A stretch of DNA of 64,000 nt from an uncultured bacterium (GTDB lineage Bacteria > Babelota > Babeliae > Babelales > Vermiphilaceae). Both the position numbers and the translations under genes were made by a program. Below, piece after piece: positions 7,228 to 17,178 of the stretch. How positions within the stretch are numbered: position 1 is the stretch's first letter; every line of letters starts with the position of its first letter. The stretch is from the NCBI GenBank assembly GCA_963713925.1, contig OY970212.1, positions 1,120,001 to 1,184,000 on the forward strand, in the 5' to 3' direction. The notes beneath the pieces are model-generated. The model saw only the letters and a list, made by a program, of their open reading frames with translations, made no database searches and was not told the DNA's origin.

Positions 7228-9511
7228 AGCTTCCAAGTCGTGTCACAACGCTGTTATAAATCTGTTCAACTTCATCTTTTGATAAGGTTTTTGTGTGGTC
7301 TGAGATAACCATTCTGAGCGTGATTGATTTTTTATCTTTCCATTCAGGCTTGCTGAACAAATCAACAACATGCATCGACTCAATGCGAGGTTCAACTGCT
7401 GCTATACTACGCAATAATTCTTGCACCGTCACCTTCTGGTCAACCAAAAAGCTGATATCGCGAGTTGATTTTTGGAATTTTGAAATCGGTTTTAACTGGG
7501 TAACCGGCTTATTAAAATCGATCATGAAACTCAGATCAAGCTCAAAGACAAATGCATACCCTTGCGCGACTTTGGCAAAAAAAGACGCGTCAACCAACCC
7601 TGCCATTCCTACAACCCGGCCGTTGTACAAAAGCTGTGCGCTCGTGTATCGCGCATACCACGGAACCGTAGGTTCACTCATTTGCTTCCACTCATAGGTG
7701 AACCCGAATGAATGAGAAAGTTTATCGATTATCGCTTCGCATTCGTAGAAATCAACAGCCTCATGCCGCTTATAAAAAATCCCCGATAATGATTTATTCT
7801 CATTAATAGTTCGATCCGAAGGCATATACCATGTACGTCCCGATTCAAAAAAGCGTAATTCATCATGGTCAGGTGCCGCATGAGCAACATATTTCAAAAG
7901 TCCGGGAATCAGTGATTTGACGAGATATTTCCAATTTTCTGATACCGGGCTTAAAACGTGCGGTTGTTGCATAAAATCAGTCAACCCCAGTTTTGTTACA
8001 AAATCGGTGTCATACAATGCATAGTTATACACTTCGCGCATGCCATGACCAAAAGCCAACAAGCGTTTGATCTGTCTTAAGATCAATGGTGCATGCAAGG
8101 GAAATGGATCCATCAATCGTGATTGGAGCCTCGTTGGGATTTTTGCAAAGCCATAGATACGCACTACTTCCTCAATGATATCTTCAGCAATTTTAATATC
8201 TTTAGTTGCGCGGAAGCTCGGCACGCCAATATGATATGAACCATCGCGCGTTTCAACTGAAAATCCAAGCGCGGTGAGCGTTTTTACGATAAATGATGAT
8301 TCAATCGGAGCGCCGACACGCTCTTCAATTAAATGATGTGAAATAGTTAAGAAAGTTTGTTTCGGCAACTGTCCACGCGCAACGACGGCATACGATGAAA
8401 ATGGAACGAGCTTTGTTCGTTGTGCAAGCGCAAGATATCGCTCAATTGCATCGGTGACATTATATGGATCGAGGCTTTTTTCAAAGCGGGCTGATGCATC
8501 GGTGCGTAACTTGTGTCGAGCCCCGCTCAAGCGGACTGCTGCCGGATCAAAGTGAGCTGCTTCGATCATCACCGAGTGAGCATTTTTATCAACCATAAGC
8601 GATTGACCACCCATGACTCCTGCAAGTGCAATCGGCTGCTTGCCATCAGTCACCACCAGATCTTGGGGCACCAACTCAATTGATTGCCCGTCGAGCAATG
8701 TCATTTTTTCTTTGTTTTGAGCAAGACGCACCTCAAACTGCTCAATTTTTGATTTCGTCGTGTTATAGGCATGCATCGGTTGGCCAATATCAAACATCAC
8801 ATAATTGGTCAGATCGACCGTCGCATTAATCGGCTTCGCATCAACGCGCACCAACCGAGCGGCAATGCCAACATCAGATGCGCTGTAGTTGACCGTATCA
8901 AGGGCTGCGCAGGCAAAGCGGGAACAAAGTTTTGATTCTTTCAAAACGATAGCACCGGTCTGTTTGCTTGATACTTCGTTTGAAAGTTCTTGGATTTTTT
9001 GTTTTTCGATCAATGCATCTATCTTTTTGAGCTGAACTCCAAAAAGCACCGAAAGCTCTCGAGCCACTCCCCGATGCGACCACAAATCAGGCCTATGGTT
9101 GATTGATTTATTATCGACATCGATAACCCAATCTTCTTCGGGTATTGATTCAAACGATTGTGAGAATGTGCTTGGCTCTATGGGCCCCAGCAATCCATCT
9201 TTTGATGAGCCCAAATCAGCGAGTTTTACCCAGCGATAGGATTTTTCTTGGATAACAAGCGCATGCTGTCCGACACTCAAATCGGTCCGACCAGAAAGCT
9301 CATGGACCGAACCATTTGGCAAAGCTGCTTTAATTCCTGACGCAGTAGATTCTTTGACTTCCGCTAACGCAAACTTCTTTTTCTCTACGGTAACTTTATG
9401 AAATGACTCTATTTCAGCCACGGACTCATTAAATCGATTTACGATAGTTTGTATATCGACAGCGAATTTTCCATCAAGATGATCACATATCCACGCAAGA
9501 GAAAGTTTCAT
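7208..9511 (-). CDS. pheT: Phenylalanine--tRNA ligase beta subunit
   Basis: MKLSLAWI, NHRPDLWSHRGVARE, VDLTNYVM...GQPMHA, RFEK, EDIIEEVVRIYG, C-terminal RDISF. Confidence 0.97.
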   Translation of the reverse strand: MKLSLAWICDHLDGKFAVDIQTIVNRFNESVAEIESFHKVTVEKKKFALAEVKESTASGIKAALPNGSVHELSGRTDLSVGQHALVIQEKSYRWVKLADLGSSKDGLLGPIEPSTFSQSFESIPEEDWVIDVDNKSINHRPDLWSHRGVARELSVLFGVQLKKIDALIEKQKIQELSNEVSSKQTGAIVLKESKLCSRFACAALDTVNYSASDVGIAARLVRVDAKPINATVDLTNYVMFDIGQPMHAYNTTKSKIEQFEVRLAQNKEKMTLLDGQSIELVPQDLVVTDGKQPIALAGVMGGQSLMVDKNAHSVMIEAAHFDPAAVRLSGARHKLRTDASARFEKSLDPYNVTDAIERYLALAQRTKLVPFSSYAVVARGQLPKQTFLTISHHLIEERVGAPIESSFIVKTLTALGFSVETRDGSYHIGVPSFRATKDIKIAEDIIEEVVRIYGFAKIPTRLQSRLMDPFPLHAPLILRQIKRLLAFGHGMREVYNYALYDTDFVTKLGLTDFMQQPHVLSPVSENWKYLVKSLIPGLLKYVAHAAPDHDELRFFESGRTWYMPSDRTINENKSLSGIFYKRHEAVDFYECEAIIDKLSHSFGFTYEWKQMSEPTVPWYARYTSAQLLYNGRVVGMAGLVDASFFAKVAQGYAFVFELDLSFMIDFNKPVTQLKPISKFQKSTRDISFLVDQKVTVQELLRSIAAVEPRIESMHVVDLFSKPEWKDKKSITLRMVISDHTKTLSKDEVEQIYNSVVTRLGSYEIQIR

Positions 9512-9713
9512 GGCCAACCTTTATCAAAAACTTCGCCAAGCTCTGTTTTTGAGTAATATCAGAATAAGATAATTTTTTACGTAAAATTAAGTTTATATTG
9601 AGATTCTACAAGATAAATAGACATCTATAAAGAGCAAACAGCTAAAAAGATATATTTATATTGAAAACCGACGCAATCCGATGTTACAATTAAGAAAAAA
9701 TCAAAGGATCGAT

Positions 9714-11759
9714 ATGAATAAAATTATCCTACTATTTGTTTTTGCAGTCACTCGGGTTTTCAGCGCTCAACAAGCTGTCAAACCTGAGGATCTTGGAGCA
9801 TATGCCGGAATCCAAGCATTTTCAAAACAAGCGTCGTTAAAACCAACGCTCGCAGCTACACACCCGGAAAAATTGCATGTTCCCATGACTTTTGATGACC
9901 GTCTTGCTACTGATGGGTTACTTATTTTTTTGGATAATACGGAAAAAATGCTGAACCCAGTTTCGGAACAATTGCTTTTTGCGCTCCATCAAAAGGCATG
10001 TCCTATTTTAGCATCGACCCATCTTCTAAAAGCAATCGAAGAAACGCCGAACGTCGCACAATTTGCCGCGACTTTCGACACGCCGATGGCTGAAAAAATT
10101 CGACAGTATTTTAATGATATAAAAAAGGCAGTACCCCATTTTATTGATAATAATCCGGGACTTTCTCAAGAAGAAATAAATAAAAAAATACAAGATTTTT
10201 TATTTGCGAAAGCCTCGGAGCTTGATCTTAAATTCAAAGGAACTTCAATAAAAAATTTATTGTTTGATATTCATCGCTCTCTCATCAAAGAATTCACTCC
10301 TTGGAACCGAAATGAATGGCTTATTAAAGCCGTCAATCAACAACTTCTTTTATTGGTTCCACGGAACTATGTAAAAAACCGATCTGGAGAGATTATTTCC
10401 GGATCTCTTTCTTTGCCAAGCTCTACTTCTCTGACTACTTTTGAATACAAAACGGGACTCAAAATAGGCCATATGCAAACAGTAACCGATTATCATGCAG
10501 CAATCAAAGTATCTTCAGTTGCCGTTCCTGACCAATATTTTATGGACCCATTATTGAAATCAAGTATCTTTGTTTCTCGCGCGGAATATGCTCAAATCTC
10601 TCAGATTTATGAACAACCTCGATGGGCGCTTTTCATAAATGGTCATGGCTCCATTGGGAAGAAAATATGCGGATTATCTATACCCGCATTTTCTCAAATG
10701 CTTGAATTTCTTGATACGAAAATAAATACTGCTTTTTTGACATATTCCAGTTGTTACTCAGTAGGAACTAATCAGAAACAAATTTACAAAGATCTTGAGC
10801 GGCCGACAAAATTATCTTTTCCTGTTGCAACGGCATCTGCTTTTGATGATGTAGCTTTTTCTTCCGTGACACTCCCTTGGCCAGGTATAGGGGTAGACAC
10901 CATTGATTTTCAAAATAAAACGTTAAAAGTAAAATATACTACCAATTTCAAACAATTTATTGATCTTGCGACTTCAAAAAATCCTGATATTACGTTAATC
11001 GCTTCGACTGTTATGCCGCAAGCAATTAAATTGGCAGAACTCGCTCCACATATTCGCTTTGGGGGCAGTGAATGGTTTACTATTGATAGTGCTAAAAACT
11101 CTGTAGCAACTATCGGAACTCCATTTGCACAAACATGCACCAAAGTTGACCTAATAAAACGATTTAGTAAAAAAGGACTTATTCCTACTATTTATTGCCT
11201 TTACATACCTATTATTCCCTGCGAGCTCGTAATAAACTCATCGGGCTATAAACCTTTTTTCTTTCCAATGGCATCTTTGAAGACTCTGGATCAAAATTAT
11301 TTTATGTATTACATCAAGAAATTGTCCGTACCACACCACTCTTTAAGAAATGTTCATAATATGTTCACAAAATCGATTTCGGATAAATACAAATTGATAG
11401 CAGCTCTTGATGAGATTGAATTAAAAGAGATCGATGATCGAACCTTGTATGCAGAACCCCAAATTATCAAGGATGTGTTTATTATCCATAATAATCCTAT
11501 TCAAAATGTTGTATGGTTCACCGCCCAAGAAAATTTTCATCATGAAAAAACCGAACAAATGAACGAACCGGTAGAAAAGTTTTATGAAATAGATTTCAAC
11601 AAACCTATTTTAGAAAAAAAAGAAATCAAAGATTACCGCCGTTTGAGAAAGACTCTTGGATTTACTGATGCAATAGCTCAATTCGAGAAAGAAAAAAGAG
11701 AGCCGGCTCAAGCGCTTGAAAATATTTTGAAGAAAAAAATTGAGCGCGGACCGCAATGA
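9714..11759 (+). CDS. Secreted hypothetical protein with putative clan CD (caspase-hemoglobinase fold) His-Cys dyad
   Basis: Signal peptide; ALFINGHGS and FLTYSSCYS motifs. Confidence 0.55.
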   Translation: MNKIILLFVFAVTRVFSAQQAVKPEDLGAYAGIQAFSKQASLKPTLAATHPEKLHVPMTFDDRLATDGLLIFLDNTEKMLNPVSEQLLFALHQKACPILASTHLLKAIEETPNVAQFAATFDTPMAEKIRQYFNDIKKAVPHFIDNNPGLSQEEINKKIQDFLFAKASELDLKFKGTSIKNLLFDIHRSLIKEFTPWNRNEWLIKAVNQQLLLLVPRNYVKNRSGEIISGSLSLPSSTSLTTFEYKTGLKIGHMQTVTDYHAAIKVSSVAVPDQYFMDPLLKSSIFVSRAEYAQISQIYEQPRWALFINGHGSIGKKICGLSIPAFSQMLEFLDTKINTAFLTYSSCYSVGTNQKQIYKDLERPTKLSFPVATASAFDDVAFSSVTLPWPGIGVDTIDFQNKTLKVKYTTNFKQFIDLATSKNPDITLIASTVMPQAIKLAELAPHIRFGGSEWFTIDSAKNSVATIGTPFAQTCTKVDLIKRFSKKGLIPTIYCLYIPIIPCELVINSSGYKPFFFPMASLKTLDQNYFMYYIKKLSVPHHSLRNVHNMFTKSISDKYKLIAALDEIELKEIDDRTLYAEPQIIKDVFIIHNNPIQNVVWFTAQENFHHEKTEQMNEPVEKFYEIDFNKPILEKKEIKDYRRLRKTLGFTDAIAQFEKEKREPAQALENILKKKIERGPQ

Positions 11760-11761
11760 TC

Positions 11762-12631
11762 TCAGCGTCCTTCACGCTCATTTAAAAGCTCTTCCGACAT
11801 CATGCTGTATATTTCTGACGCATCCTTGAGCATTTGGCAATCAAGCCGGTGTTCTTTGCTTTCTTCATGAGGTTGCACATCAGGGTATAATTGCTGGTAG
11901 AGCAAAACGCCTTCTCTCGCTTGACGGACGCCGCGAGTCAATGTCCAGATCTGAGCTCTTCTGCGCAAAAAATCTTTGACATTATCAGGCACTACCCTTG
12001 CCCAATCATAACCAATATCTTCATTATCTCCATCATCCGGCATGAGATAATCCTGATGAGCTAAATGCCCCATTGCTTGAATAAGATACTTTTTAATGCG
12101 GCTATTTCTCGCATATTCGTAGTGATCGGGAATAGCGAGAGCATTCTCAGACAGGCAAGCGTTCATAGATAAATCATTATCATAGACGGTGTAGATTTCT
12201 ATTAGCTTAAATTCAGGTTCCAGTTCACGACGAATCCTTTTCTCCAGTCTTCTGGGAACAACAGAAAAAAAATGACTTTCTCCTGTTAAGCGCGCCTTTT
12301 GGGATGACTCTTTGATCAACTTCTCTTTCAATTGTTCAGCAGTCACCTGCCGGAAACTGCACAACTCATTCATTGCTACTGTCGCTTCTTTTTCAATTTT
12401 ATTTTGGAAATAGTGTTGCACTGCAAGCACATGCGCCGGAAATTTTTTAGCATTTTCCGGGGTATATATACATGTGTTTAAATTTGAAATATTGTACGAA
12501 GACGATGAATACAAACGCGATTGGTGCTTGACTTGAGATTTCTGTACGGACTTTTGGGGCATAGGTCGATATAACATGCCATAACTTGATAGATACAGTA
12601 ATAGGCTAAGACTGATACATTTGATTGTCAT
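11762..12631 (-). CDS. Secreted hypothetical protein, degenerate M48-like (QAMGH in place of HExxH)
   Basis: Signal peptide; NAC...LIQAMGHLAHQD resembles LRHELSHIIYED of 23711-24463. Confidence 0.55.
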   Translation of the reverse strand: MTIKCISLSLLLYLSSYGMLYRPMPQKSVQKSQVKHQSRLYSSSSYNISNLNTCIYTPENAKKFPAHVLAVQHYFQNKIEKEATVAMNELCSFRQVTAEQLKEKLIKESSQKARLTGESHFFSVVPRRLEKRIRRELEPEFKLIEIYTVYDNDLSMNACLSENALAIPDHYEYARNSRIKKYLIQAMGHLAHQDYLMPDDGDNEDIGYDWARVVPDNVKDFLRRRAQIWTLTRGVRQAREGVLLYQQLYPDVQPHEESKEHRLDCQMLKDASEIYSMMSEELLNEREGR

Positions 12632-12648
12632 AGATAATCCCACAAAAG

Positions 12649-12924
12649 CTATTGCGTTTTATTAAATGTATTTTTTGATTTTCTTTCCATTTTAATTTTT
12701 TCTTGTTCGTGTTTTTTCATATGATCTTGCAATTCTGCGAGCGTCGGAAAAACTACCAAATCGGCTTTTGGATTGTCGAAATCTAAATTGTTGAACGGAT
12801 GACACACTGTGCAAAAATGAAAAATCTGGATATCCATTTGTTTCAATGGTCTCTCATTTTCACTTGCATTAATTGCCGGAAACAAAAAAACACACATCGT
12901 GATTATCTTTTGTATAAAGTTCAT
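12649..12924 (-). CDS. Small secreted protein with C2H2-like zinc finger
   Basis: Signal peptide; CxxC ... F-x5-L-x2-H-x3-H. Confidence 0.6.
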   Translation of the reverse strand: MNFIQKIITMCVFLFPAINASENERPLKQMDIQIFHFCTVCHPFNNLDFDNPKADLVVFPTLAELQDHMKKHEQEKIKMERKSKNTFNKTQ

Positions 12925-12959
12925 AAATTCCTCATCTCTTTTGCTGGTCAACACCACAA

Positions 12960-13397
12960 TCAATAAATGCCATCGTCCGAATCACTTGAAGAGGAATCGC
13001 CGGAAGAAGAAGATGATGATGATGATTCCAATTTTTGAGAGGCAGCGGGTACAGATCTTCTGATCCGGTTAGCCGGTAACGCATATCGCATGAAACTTCC
13101 TTCAAATCGAACATCGCCTATGATAACGTTATGATCCGCAAGCGTATGATTCTTTTCTTCGTCCAAGCCGTTACATTGCTGAAGGCAATAGCGACACTGA
13201 GTTGCTTGATTATCCGGAATTACTTCAACATGTACTTCGGACAGATCAAGCAAATTCTTTTTAGGTTCCTTAAAATTCTCTGATGGGGTTGTTTGGGAGT
13301 GAGAGAGGGCATCAAACAACTTTCTCCGCTTTGCGGGAGATTCAGCTCCTTGCACAGCCATGCAAAAAAATAGTGAACATAAAAATAATTTTTTCAT
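12960..13397 (-). CDS. Small secreted protein with NLS-like motif, C2H2 zinc finger and Ser/Asp-rich tail
   Basis: Signal peptide, SPAKRRKL, C-x2-C-x12-H-x4-H. Confidence 0.65.
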   Translation of the reverse strand: MKKLFLCSLFFCMAVQGAESPAKRRKLFDALSHSQTTPSENFKEPKKNLLDLSEVHVEVIPDNQATQCRYCLQQCNGLDEEKNHTLADHNVIIGDVRFEGSFMRYALPANRIRRSVPAASQKLESSSSSSSSGDSSSSDSDDGIY

Positions 13398-13675
13398 TCA
13401 GACTTTCCAACCTCAATTCCACTCACTGTGCGCATATATTTACATTTCGTATCTTGACCAACAGGCATGATTCCAAGGAATCTTCTTTTTTCATGCAAAT
13501 CGAGTGCTTCATAAAGCTCGTTATCAATATCAATATCTTGATAATGAGAACGCCTTGCTCTTTTGCCATATTTTTTTTTGGCAGACGTTTGATGGAAAAA
13601 TGTAAAATCGAATGAATATATACTCAATACAAAAAACGTTATTATGTTTATAGCAAAAATAACCGATTTTTTCAT
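13394..13675 (-). CDS. Small secreted basic hypothetical protein
   Basis: Signal-like N-terminus; KKKYGKRARR; overlapping start/stop with both neighbours. Confidence 0.55.
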   Translation of the reverse strand: MKKSVIFAINIITFFVLSIYSFDFTFFHQTSAKKKYGKRARRSHYQDIDIDNELYEALDLHEKRRFLGIMPVGQDTKCKYMRTVSGIEVGKSE

Positions 13676-14454
13676 TGCAATACATTCCATAAAGAAAGAA
13701 GCATTTCCATGTCCATTTGTTGCGCCCTGAGTTTCAAAATATCTTCGCCAACACGCTCAAGGTTGTAATGAGACTGCATTAAATTATTGCGTATGGTACG
13801 ACGCGGTTGCAAGAAAATCAGTTTTATAAATTTCCAAAATTCAGTTTCATTTGGAATTGAGCGCACGACTGAGCGAGGTTTGAAATAGAGCAATCGAGAA
13901 TCAACTTTTGGTGGCGGGTAAAAAGAGAGCGGAGCAATTTTATCAAGCAACTTGAACTCAAAATAGTGCTGGAAATAGAGCGATGAGTATCCGTATCCAC
14001 GCCCTTCTTGTTTTACAATCTTTTGAGCGACTTCTTCTTGCACCATCACCACTCCCTCAGAAATGATATCACGCGCAGAAATCAGCTTGTGCAAAATAGG
14101 GAACGTAATTTGGTATGGCAAGTTGGCAAGCACGATCCAAGGAGCTTCGCTTGCAATACTTTGCAGATCAACATCGAGGAAGTTCACGAGCCGCATATCA
14201 AGCCGCTTATCTGGCAAGAGCTCGCGAACATATTGCGCCCATTCCGGGTCTATCTCAAAAACAATCAATTTTTTGACAGGACGCTCAAGGATTGCGCGCG
14301 TTAAAATCCCCTCACCGCAGCCAATTTCAAACACATGAGAATCGGCATTAAGTTTAACATAATCCCGCATTCTATGGACAATGGCAGCATCTTTTAAAAA
14401 ATGCTGCCCATACCTTTTTTTTACCTCAATACCTTTTATATAAGGTTTTTTCAC
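13672..14454 (-). CDS. rsmA: 16S rRNA m6,2A dimethyltransferase
   Basis: KKRYGQHFL, EIGCGEG, ANLPYQI, MVQEEVA, PPPKVDS. Confidence 0.96.
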   Translation of the reverse strand: MKKPYIKGIEVKKRYGQHFLKDAAIVHRMRDYVKLNADSHVFEIGCGEGILTRAILERPVKKLIVFEIDPEWAQYVRELLPDKRLDMRLVNFLDVDLQSIASEAPWIVLANLPYQITFPILHKLISARDIISEGVVMVQEEVAQKIVKQEGRGYGYSSLYFQHYFEFKLLDKIAPLSFYPPPKVDSRLLYFKPRSVVRSIPNETEFWKFIKLIFLQPRRTIRNNLMQSHYNLERVGEDILKLRAQQMDMEMLLSLWNVLQ

Positions 14455-14483
14455 AAAAATTCCCGATTTTATTCATTATTTCT

Positions 14484-14575
14484 GGGGTTCCAAGTCAGCG
14501 TTAATGCTGACTTGGTATATTTTATTCCATTAAAGCTTTACACCCAAGCTCCGCATTAAGCTTCGCTTGGGGCCC
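14484..14575. repeat. Two family B hairpin repeats in opposite orientation
   Basis: GGGGTTCCAAG...CTTGGT (14484-14516) and ACCCAAG...CTTGGGGCCC (14542-14575). Confidence 0.65.
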
Positions 14576-14591
14576 GTGAATTTTGACATTT

Positions 14592-15638
14592 TTATTCCAT
14601 TAAGGCTTCTTTAAAGAAGTCAAAGTTCTCCAACACTTTTCCGATGCCTTTTACCACGCAAAAGAGCGGATCTTCTGCTATTTGCACCGGGAGACCAGTC
14701 TCTTTTGAAATGAGCCTATCAAGCCCTTTCAACATGGAGCTTCCTCCAGCCATCATGATTCCCTTGTCAACAAGATCTGATGAAAGTTCAGGTGGAGTAT
14801 TTTCAAGCGCAACGCGTACAACGTCAACAATCGCGGCAACCGTTTCAAGCAATGCCTCATTGACTTCAGGAGCCGTTAATGTGATGGTCTTTGGAACACC
14901 GGAGACAAGATCGCGTCCCTTAACTTCAAGGCTCATTTTTGAAATATCTGAATCTAGCAACGCTGAACCAATTTCAATCTTGATAATTTCCGCAGTGCGC
15001 TCACCGATTAATAAATTGTACTTGCGTTTAACATATTGCACAATAGCGCGATCCATTTCATCGCCACCAACACGCACCGAACGGCAGAAAACGACTGACT
15101 TTAAGGAAATAACAGCAACTTCAGTTGTTCCCCCGCCAATGTCTACAATCATGCTGCCGGTTGGCTCTTGAACCGGGAGACCTGCGCCAATTGCTGCCGC
15201 CATCGGTTCAATGATGGTGCGAACAAATCGAGCGCCTGCTTGTTTTGCCGAATCAGTTACGGCCCGTTTTTCAACCTGAGTGATTCCTGAAGGAACTCCA
15301 ATGATCATGCGCGGACGAATCAAAGTGTTGCGATCATTATGCACCGCTTTAATAAAATAACGAAGCATGCTTTCAGTAAGTTCAAAATTGGCAATCACGC
15401 CATCTCGCATGGGGCGGCACGCAACAATATTTTCAGGAGTTTTACCAAGCATTTCTTTTGCCGCTTTTCCTGCCGCAAGCACAATATTGCTATTGGCCCG
15501 CACAGCAACAACTGACGGCTCATTAAGAATGATGCCTCTGCCTCTTACATAAACCAGTGTATTTGCGGTTCCCAAATCTATTGCCATATCATTTGACAAT
15601 ACTGGCAATTTTGGAAGCCATGCCGGTAAAAATTTCAT
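14592..15638 (-). CDS. mreB: Rod shape-determining actin-like protein MreB
   Basis: IDLGTANT, EPSVVA, EPMAAAIGAG, DIGGGTTE. Confidence 0.98.
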   Translation of the reverse strand: MKFLPAWLPKLPVLSNDMAIDLGTANTLVYVRGRGIILNEPSVVAVRANSNIVLAAGKAAKEMLGKTPENIVACRPMRDGVIANFELTESMLRYFIKAVHNDRNTLIRPRMIIGVPSGITQVEKRAVTDSAKQAGARFVRTIIEPMAAAIGAGLPVQEPTGSMIVDIGGGTTEVAVISLKSVVFCRSVRVGGDEMDRAIVQYVKRKYNLLIGERTAEIIKIEIGSALLDSDISKMSLEVKGRDLVSGVPKTITLTAPEVNEALLETVAAIVDVVRVALENTPPELSSDLVDKGIMMAGGSSMLKGLDRLISKETGLPVQIAEDPLFCVVKGIGKVLENFDFFKEALME

Positions 15639-15655
15639 AATACTTTCCTCTACTC

Positions 15656-16906
15656 TTAAAACATAAATTCTATTCCAAGCGCTACTTTATTAGTTTTCGC
15701 AACCGAATGTCCCACCATGAATGAAATCGGTATGTCCCACTTTAAAAAGACAATGGGCTTCATACCACGTTCTTCACACATTTTTCCAAAATCATAAAAG
15801 GCATTCAAGGTGAGATACTCACTTGCCCAATGTGAGAATGTTTCTTGTAGATTTGAATTGGCTTTCGCGTCCGTCACCGGAGACGTTGTCAAGCATGGAT
15901 TTCCGTTGCTCCAATGATCTCTAAAATGGCTGATCAATGTATATTGCAAGCCAAGCCCCAATCCATCACGCAAGTTTTCGACATAAAAGTAAGGTAAGAA
16001 GACTAAAGTAACCCCAGGATCTATGCGAGCTGTGCCGGGAACAACGCCAAAGAGCGGTTGTTCTAGTAATATATTAAACCGCGCAGGCCGAACTCGCGCG
16101 AATCGCTTGCTTACGCGTAGCCAGAGACCGAGCTTCCAGTCTTCTTTCAACTCAAATTCTGCTTCCCCCTGCACATAGGCTCCATAAAAGCCGTTTCCAC
16201 CAAAGGGCACCGAAGCCGGAATATTGGCATCTGAAGCCAAACCGGTTGGAAACAACAACCCGGCGCGAAGGGCGCCAAGCAATCTTCTGAATTTATATGC
16301 ATAGTCAAGAGAACGTTCATAGCGGGCGTACAGATCAAGGTCTCCAAAGCCTATTTGATTCCAAAATCCGCAATCAATGCCGATTGTTGAAAGCATTCTT
16401 GCCCGAATCAAATCAAGCTCAACAACCTCCTCCCCGGTCATGATGTTGGGAGTCGAATTGACCCCATCAAGCACATACAATATTCCGGAATTGAGGCGAA
16501 GAATATACCAATACAAACCGAGAGAGAAATGGTCACCAAGCCCAAGCTGCGTCGCAAATTCGAAACTCTCTGCTTGAATTTTTTGATGCAATCGCCATAT
16601 AAGAGAACTATCTGCAAATCCCGGCACCAACGGATTGGCAAACCCGACTTCTTCCATTGCATTGGCGATTTCTGTTTGATTAAATGTGCCAAAAATTTCA
16701 GGAATACCAACAATTTGACTTAGTACGCTCGGCGATGGATATGCTTCTTTTCCCGAATAGAATGCGAGGTCAAAACGCAAATGTGAATTGTAATATTTTG
16801 ATGTTATATAGGGATATTGCAACAATGGCAGATATCTATTGTCAAATACTGCGTGACACGACGCAACAATGAAGATCGCCCATACATAGAAACTACGTCG
16901 AATCAT
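15656..16906 (-). CDS. Putative outer-membrane beta-barrel protein
   Basis: Signal peptide, GFGDLDL motif, aromatic-rich alternating strands, C-terminal GIEFMF. Confidence 0.6.
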   Translation of the reverse strand: MIRRSFYVWAIFIVASCHAVFDNRYLPLLQYPYITSKYYNSHLRFDLAFYSGKEAYPSPSVLSQIVGIPEIFGTFNQTEIANAMEEVGFANPLVPGFADSSLIWRLHQKIQAESFEFATQLGLGDHFSLGLYWYILRLNSGILYVLDGVNSTPNIMTGEEVVELDLIRARMLSTIGIDCGFWNQIGFGDLDLYARYERSLDYAYKFRRLLGALRAGLLFPTGLASDANIPASVPFGGNGFYGAYVQGEAEFELKEDWKLGLWLRVSKRFARVRPARFNILLEQPLFGVVPGTARIDPGVTLVFLPYFYVENLRDGLGLGLQYTLISHFRDHWSNGNPCLTTSPVTDAKANSNLQETFSHWASEYLTLNAFYDFGKMCEERGMKPIVFLKWDIPISFMVGHSVAKTNKVALGIEFMF

Positions 16907-17009
16907 ACGCTCTCACCTGCTTATTTTGATCTGATCAAAGATGTACCACTTACATTCCATTTTTTGTTTATTTTTTCTCCCAAGTACGACTTGGGTAAAT
17001 ATGGCCGTT

Positions 17010-17106
17010 CCAGTCCGCCGTCGCTTATCCATGTCTTATTACCCAAGTTACGCATTGCCTCACTTGGGACCCAATTCTGACTTGGCAAGCTATGGCGTGA
17101 CAGCCT
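17010..17106 (+). repeat. Family A repeat with a family B hairpin (17041-17072) in its loop
   Basis: CGCTTATCCATGTC...[ACCCAAG...CTTGGGACCC]...GACTTGGCAAGCTATGGCG resembles 1135-1185. Confidence 0.6.
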
Positions 17107-17178
17107 ACACTTGTTCTATAAATGTCAAATGTTCTACCTTAAAAAGCTGGCCCGCCCAGCCGTAGCCTTGGCGTAGGC

